NCBI GenBank assembly: GCA_032128875.1
Contig: JAVLKG010000010.1
Span: 96,001 to 160,000 of the forward strand
Direction: 5' to 3'
Length of the DNA stretch: 64,000 bases
Source: Candidatus Melainabacteria bacterium 17Bon1m
GTDB taxonomy: Bacteria > Cyanobacteriota > Vampirovibrionia > Obscuribacterales > Obscuribacteraceae
Of the stretch, positions 61,588-64,000 are shown one piece after another; position 1 is the first letter of the stretch, and every line of letters begins with the position of its first letter. Below the pieces are notes generated by a model. The model saw only the letters and a program-made list of their open reading frames with translations. It was not told where the DNA came from and did no database searches. Position numbers and translations under genes: made by a program.

Positions 61588-63111
61588 GTGAAAATGCCCG
61601 ATAAAATCCCGCCCCAAAGCGAAAAAGCAGACAAAAGAACAGAAATTCCTCAGGTTGACAGACTGCTCAACCACGAGAAATTAAAGAGTCTGGCAGGCGA
61701 AATAAGCCAGCCTGTGCTGGCTCAGCTGGTCAGGCAAGAATTGAATAGTTTGCGTGAAACACTTTTCAATGGCAAATCAGCTCAGACTGATAAGAATCGA
61801 GAATCTGATAATAAGAAGATTTCATCAGAAAAAAATTTAGCTGAAACCACTACTGCAGACACAAGCAGAGACGCCACCAACATCGATTCGCTGGCCGATA
61901 ACGTTGTGAGAAAAGTCCATCAATTGCTATCACCCGGCATCAAAAAAGTGGTGAACGGCACAGGTGTAATTCTCAACACCAACCTTGGGCGAGCGCCTCT
62001 GCCAGTGGGCATCGGCAAAAGAATAGAAAGCATAGCCGGCGGCTACACAAACCTAGAGCTCGATCTCGAAAGTGGCAAGCGAGGGGAGCGCGGAACCAAG
62101 TTGGAGCAGCTCTGCCGCACGCTTCTAAACTGCGAAAGGGCAATCGTGGTCAACAACAACGCATCCTCAGTGATGCTGGCTGTTGCGGCTCTGTCAGCGG
62201 GAAAAGAAGTCATCGTCTCGCGCGGCGAATTGATTGAAATTGGTGGCAGCTTCCGCCTTCCCGATGTAATCCAGTCAGCAGGCGGAATTCTCAAAGAGGT
62301 GGGCACGACGAATCGCACCAGAGCAAGCGATTACAAAAAAGCAATTAGCGCTAACACAGGCATGATTCTCAAATGTCATCGCTCCAATTTTGCCATCACA
62401 GGATTCACGGAAGAGGCATCAGTAAAGGAACTCGTGGAGATAGGCAAGGAAACGAACATTCCAATTTTGGAAGATCTCGGATCAGGCGCGCTTGTTGCGC
62501 TGCAATCACTTGGACTCGAAGACGAGCCCACCGTGCCGGATCGCATAGCTGCTGGTCTCGATGCATGCCTTTTCTCAGGCGACAAAATTCTGGGCGGGCC
62601 GCAGGCAGGTATTGTTGCAGGAAAGAAAGAAACCATAGAGAAGATGCGGAAGCATCCTATTTATCGTGCGCTCAGGGCCGACAAACTGACAATCGCATTC
62701 GTCGAAGAGGTGCTTACCCTCTACCTTTCAGGCGATCCCTTCAAAAAAATACCCGCCCTTATTCTTGCGTCGGCGAGTGCGGAAAGCATCAAAAATCGAG
62801 TGGAGGCGTTTATAAAACGAGAAGCTTCAACCATTGCCAATCTGCAATTAAGTGTCGCGCCAAGCCAGGCGACCATGGGTGGCGGCACCGTACCGGGCAA
62901 ATCATTGTCTAGCTTCGCGCTCGTTGTTGAGCCGAAAGCAGGGAGGAAAGCGACTGCAAAGGGCATCTCGGATCGAATTCGCAGCAACGAACCGCCGATT
63001 ATCGGAATCATTCAAGAAGAAAAACTGATGATCGACTTCAGAGCGGTCTTTGAAGATGATGAAAAGTATGTGTTAAAAGCTCTCAAAACCGTAAGTGATT
63101 CGCTTTTGTGA
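61588..63111 (+). CDS. selA: L-seryl-tRNA(Sec) selenium transferase
   Basis: NGTGVILNTNLGRAPL, VNNNA, SRGELIEIGGSFRLPD, EVGTTNRT, EDLGSG, FSGDKILGGPQAG. Confidence 0.95.
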   Translation: MKMPDKIPPQSEKADKRTEIPQVDRLLNHEKLKSLAGEISQPVLAQLVRQELNSLRETLFNGKSAQTDKNRESDNKKISSEKNLAETTTADTSRDATNIDSLADNVVRKVHQLLSPGIKKVVNGTGVILNTNLGRAPLPVGIGKRIESIAGGYTNLELDLESGKRGERGTKLEQLCRTLLNCERAIVVNNNASSVMLAVAALSAGKEVIVSRGELIEIGGSFRLPDVIQSAGGILKEVGTTNRTRASDYKKAISANTGMILKCHRSNFAITGFTEEASVKELVEIGKETNIPILEDLGSGALVALQSLGLEDEPTVPDRIAAGLDACLFSGDKILGGPQAGIVAGKKETIEKMRKHPIYRALRADKLTIAFVEEVLTLYLSGDPFKKIPALILASASAESIKNRVEAFIKREASTIANLQLSVAPSQATMGGGTVPGKSLSSFALVVEPKAGRKATAKGISDRIRSNEPPIIGIIQEEKLMIDFRAVFEDDEKYVLKALKTVSDSLL

Positions 63112-63193
63112 TGCCTTTTCCAGCAATTTCCACAAATCAAGGGGATATAATTTCGACCGTCGCTTGGACTTTCTATAGAATCGCGAGGCAAAT

Positions 63194-63526
63194 ATGGCTG
63201 ACGGCAGCTCGTTCGAAACAAGCATTGCGCAATTGAGTAAGAAAATCGATGAACAAGCACGTTTTACAAGAAGCGTCGTGATCATCTGCACCCTCACCAT
63301 TCTCGGTGTCGTCTTCTACACGATGACCGAAATGTTCAGCAGCATGCCCGCAAACATAGTGCTGCACTTCATGGGCAACATGGAAAAGATCGTCTACGAA
63401 TGGAAAGCCATCGAAGTCTCGATTTCGCACAGAGCGAAAAATCCACCGCCCGCACCAGCGCCCACACCGCCGGCAACTCCTGGCGCTGACAAAAGCAAAG
63501 AACCAGAAAAAGGTAAGGCTAAATAG
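63194..63526 (+). CDS. Hypothetical single-TM protein with Pro-rich tail
   Basis: GAGG RBS, one hydrophobic segment, NPPPAPAPTPP. Confidence 0.65.
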   Translation: MADGSSFETSIAQLSKKIDEQARFTRSVVIICTLTILGVVFYTMTEMFSSMPANIVLHFMGNMEKIVYEWKAIEVSISHRAKNPPPAPAPTPPATPGADKSKEPEKGKAK

Positions 63527-63595
63527 GAAGCCAGTCCGATCAGAATTAGGCAGCCAGTCCGATCAGAATTTCGTGGGGGCGCGTTGCACGCGCCC
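63524..63595 (+). repeat. 23-nt tandem duplication followed by a GTGG-type REP/terminator
   Basis: TAGG(A/C)AGCCAGTCCGATCAGAAT twice; GTGGGGGCGCGTTGCACGCGCCC-TCTTTTTTT. Confidence 0.75.
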
Positions 63596-63671
63596 TCTTT
63601 TTTTGCTCTCTCTTTCACAATTCAGAAAGATGGCACGCTAAACAGCTACGGCAGGTTGATACAAAGTACCG

Positions 63672-64000
63672 TTAGGCGGAGCGAGATGGAAACCACTTAT
63701 CACGCAGTTTGAGCGTTGGATACTCGACCAGCTTGGACATACCGATGCCAACAACAAAGCTGGCAATGAAAAAGACAGCCAGCCTTCCCCATGCATTCAG
63801 GTGGAAAGGCCACCACTCGGAAGGCAGACTGCACAAGCCTGAAAAGGGCTTATGCCACAAGTAAATGGAATATGAGAATGTGCCGACAAGCGCGATTGTA
63901 GTAATGATTTTGTTTTCGGTTTTAAAATCAAAACACATCGCCACGGCCAATATCATGCCCCAGCCCATGTACAACGCTGTTAGCCCAGCCGTGTAGAGTA
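63672..64000 (-). CDS. Acyltransferase family 3 (OafA/YrhL-like), C-terminal part
   Basis: GTFSYSIYLWHKP and SKLVEYPTLKLR; runs off the right edge. Confidence 0.85.
   Translation of the reverse strand, partial: LYTAGLTALYMGWGMILAVAMCFDFKTENKIITTIALVGTFSYSIYLWHKPFSGLCSLPSEWWPFHLNAWGRLAVFFIASFVVGIGMSKLVEYPTLKLRDKWFPSRSA

Overview
Chromosomal core-genome window from a cyanobacteria-related bacterium, most likely non-photosynthetic Vampirovibrionia (Melainabacteria). This is inferred from cyanobacteria-like RpoA/S5 and a PlmA-type GntR, alongside a spc operon that keeps rpmD, zinc-type rpsN and map; no photosynthesis genes are in the window. Left part (1-34.4 kb): partial dnaK, grpE, a DUF1611 + dipeptide epimerase pair, PlmA-like GntR, Fur, several glycosyltransferases, CHAD, trxB coupled to a heme-oxygenase-like diiron protein, YyaL, glycogen debranching enzyme, ligD/ku, a cupin and a zinc-ribbon/YkgJ/TMTC-like TPR cluster. 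Right part: the S10-spc-alpha-L13 ribosomal superoperon on the minus strand (34.7-53.1 kb, no rpsD), a Tad-type pseudopilin cassette between rpsJ and tuf, tuf with tRNA-Thr/Tyr/Thr, rlmB, selA and a partial acyltransferase. Four signals not explained by the gene list stand out. (1) Five exact GGAAC-N17-GTC(T/C) ECF-sigma-like promoters precede ligD, ku, an unannotated 43-aa ORF, the cupin and the debranching enzyme, suggesting a stress regulon. (2) A GT(A/G)G-type REP palindrome family occurs at about 10 loci, one copy in-frame inside a CDS and two supplying stop codons. (3) A ~225-nt multi-hairpin leader lies upstream of rpsJ. (4) There are small hydrophobic ORFs with weak type I toxin resemblance. 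All calls are by-eye recognition; no database searches or folding programs were run.
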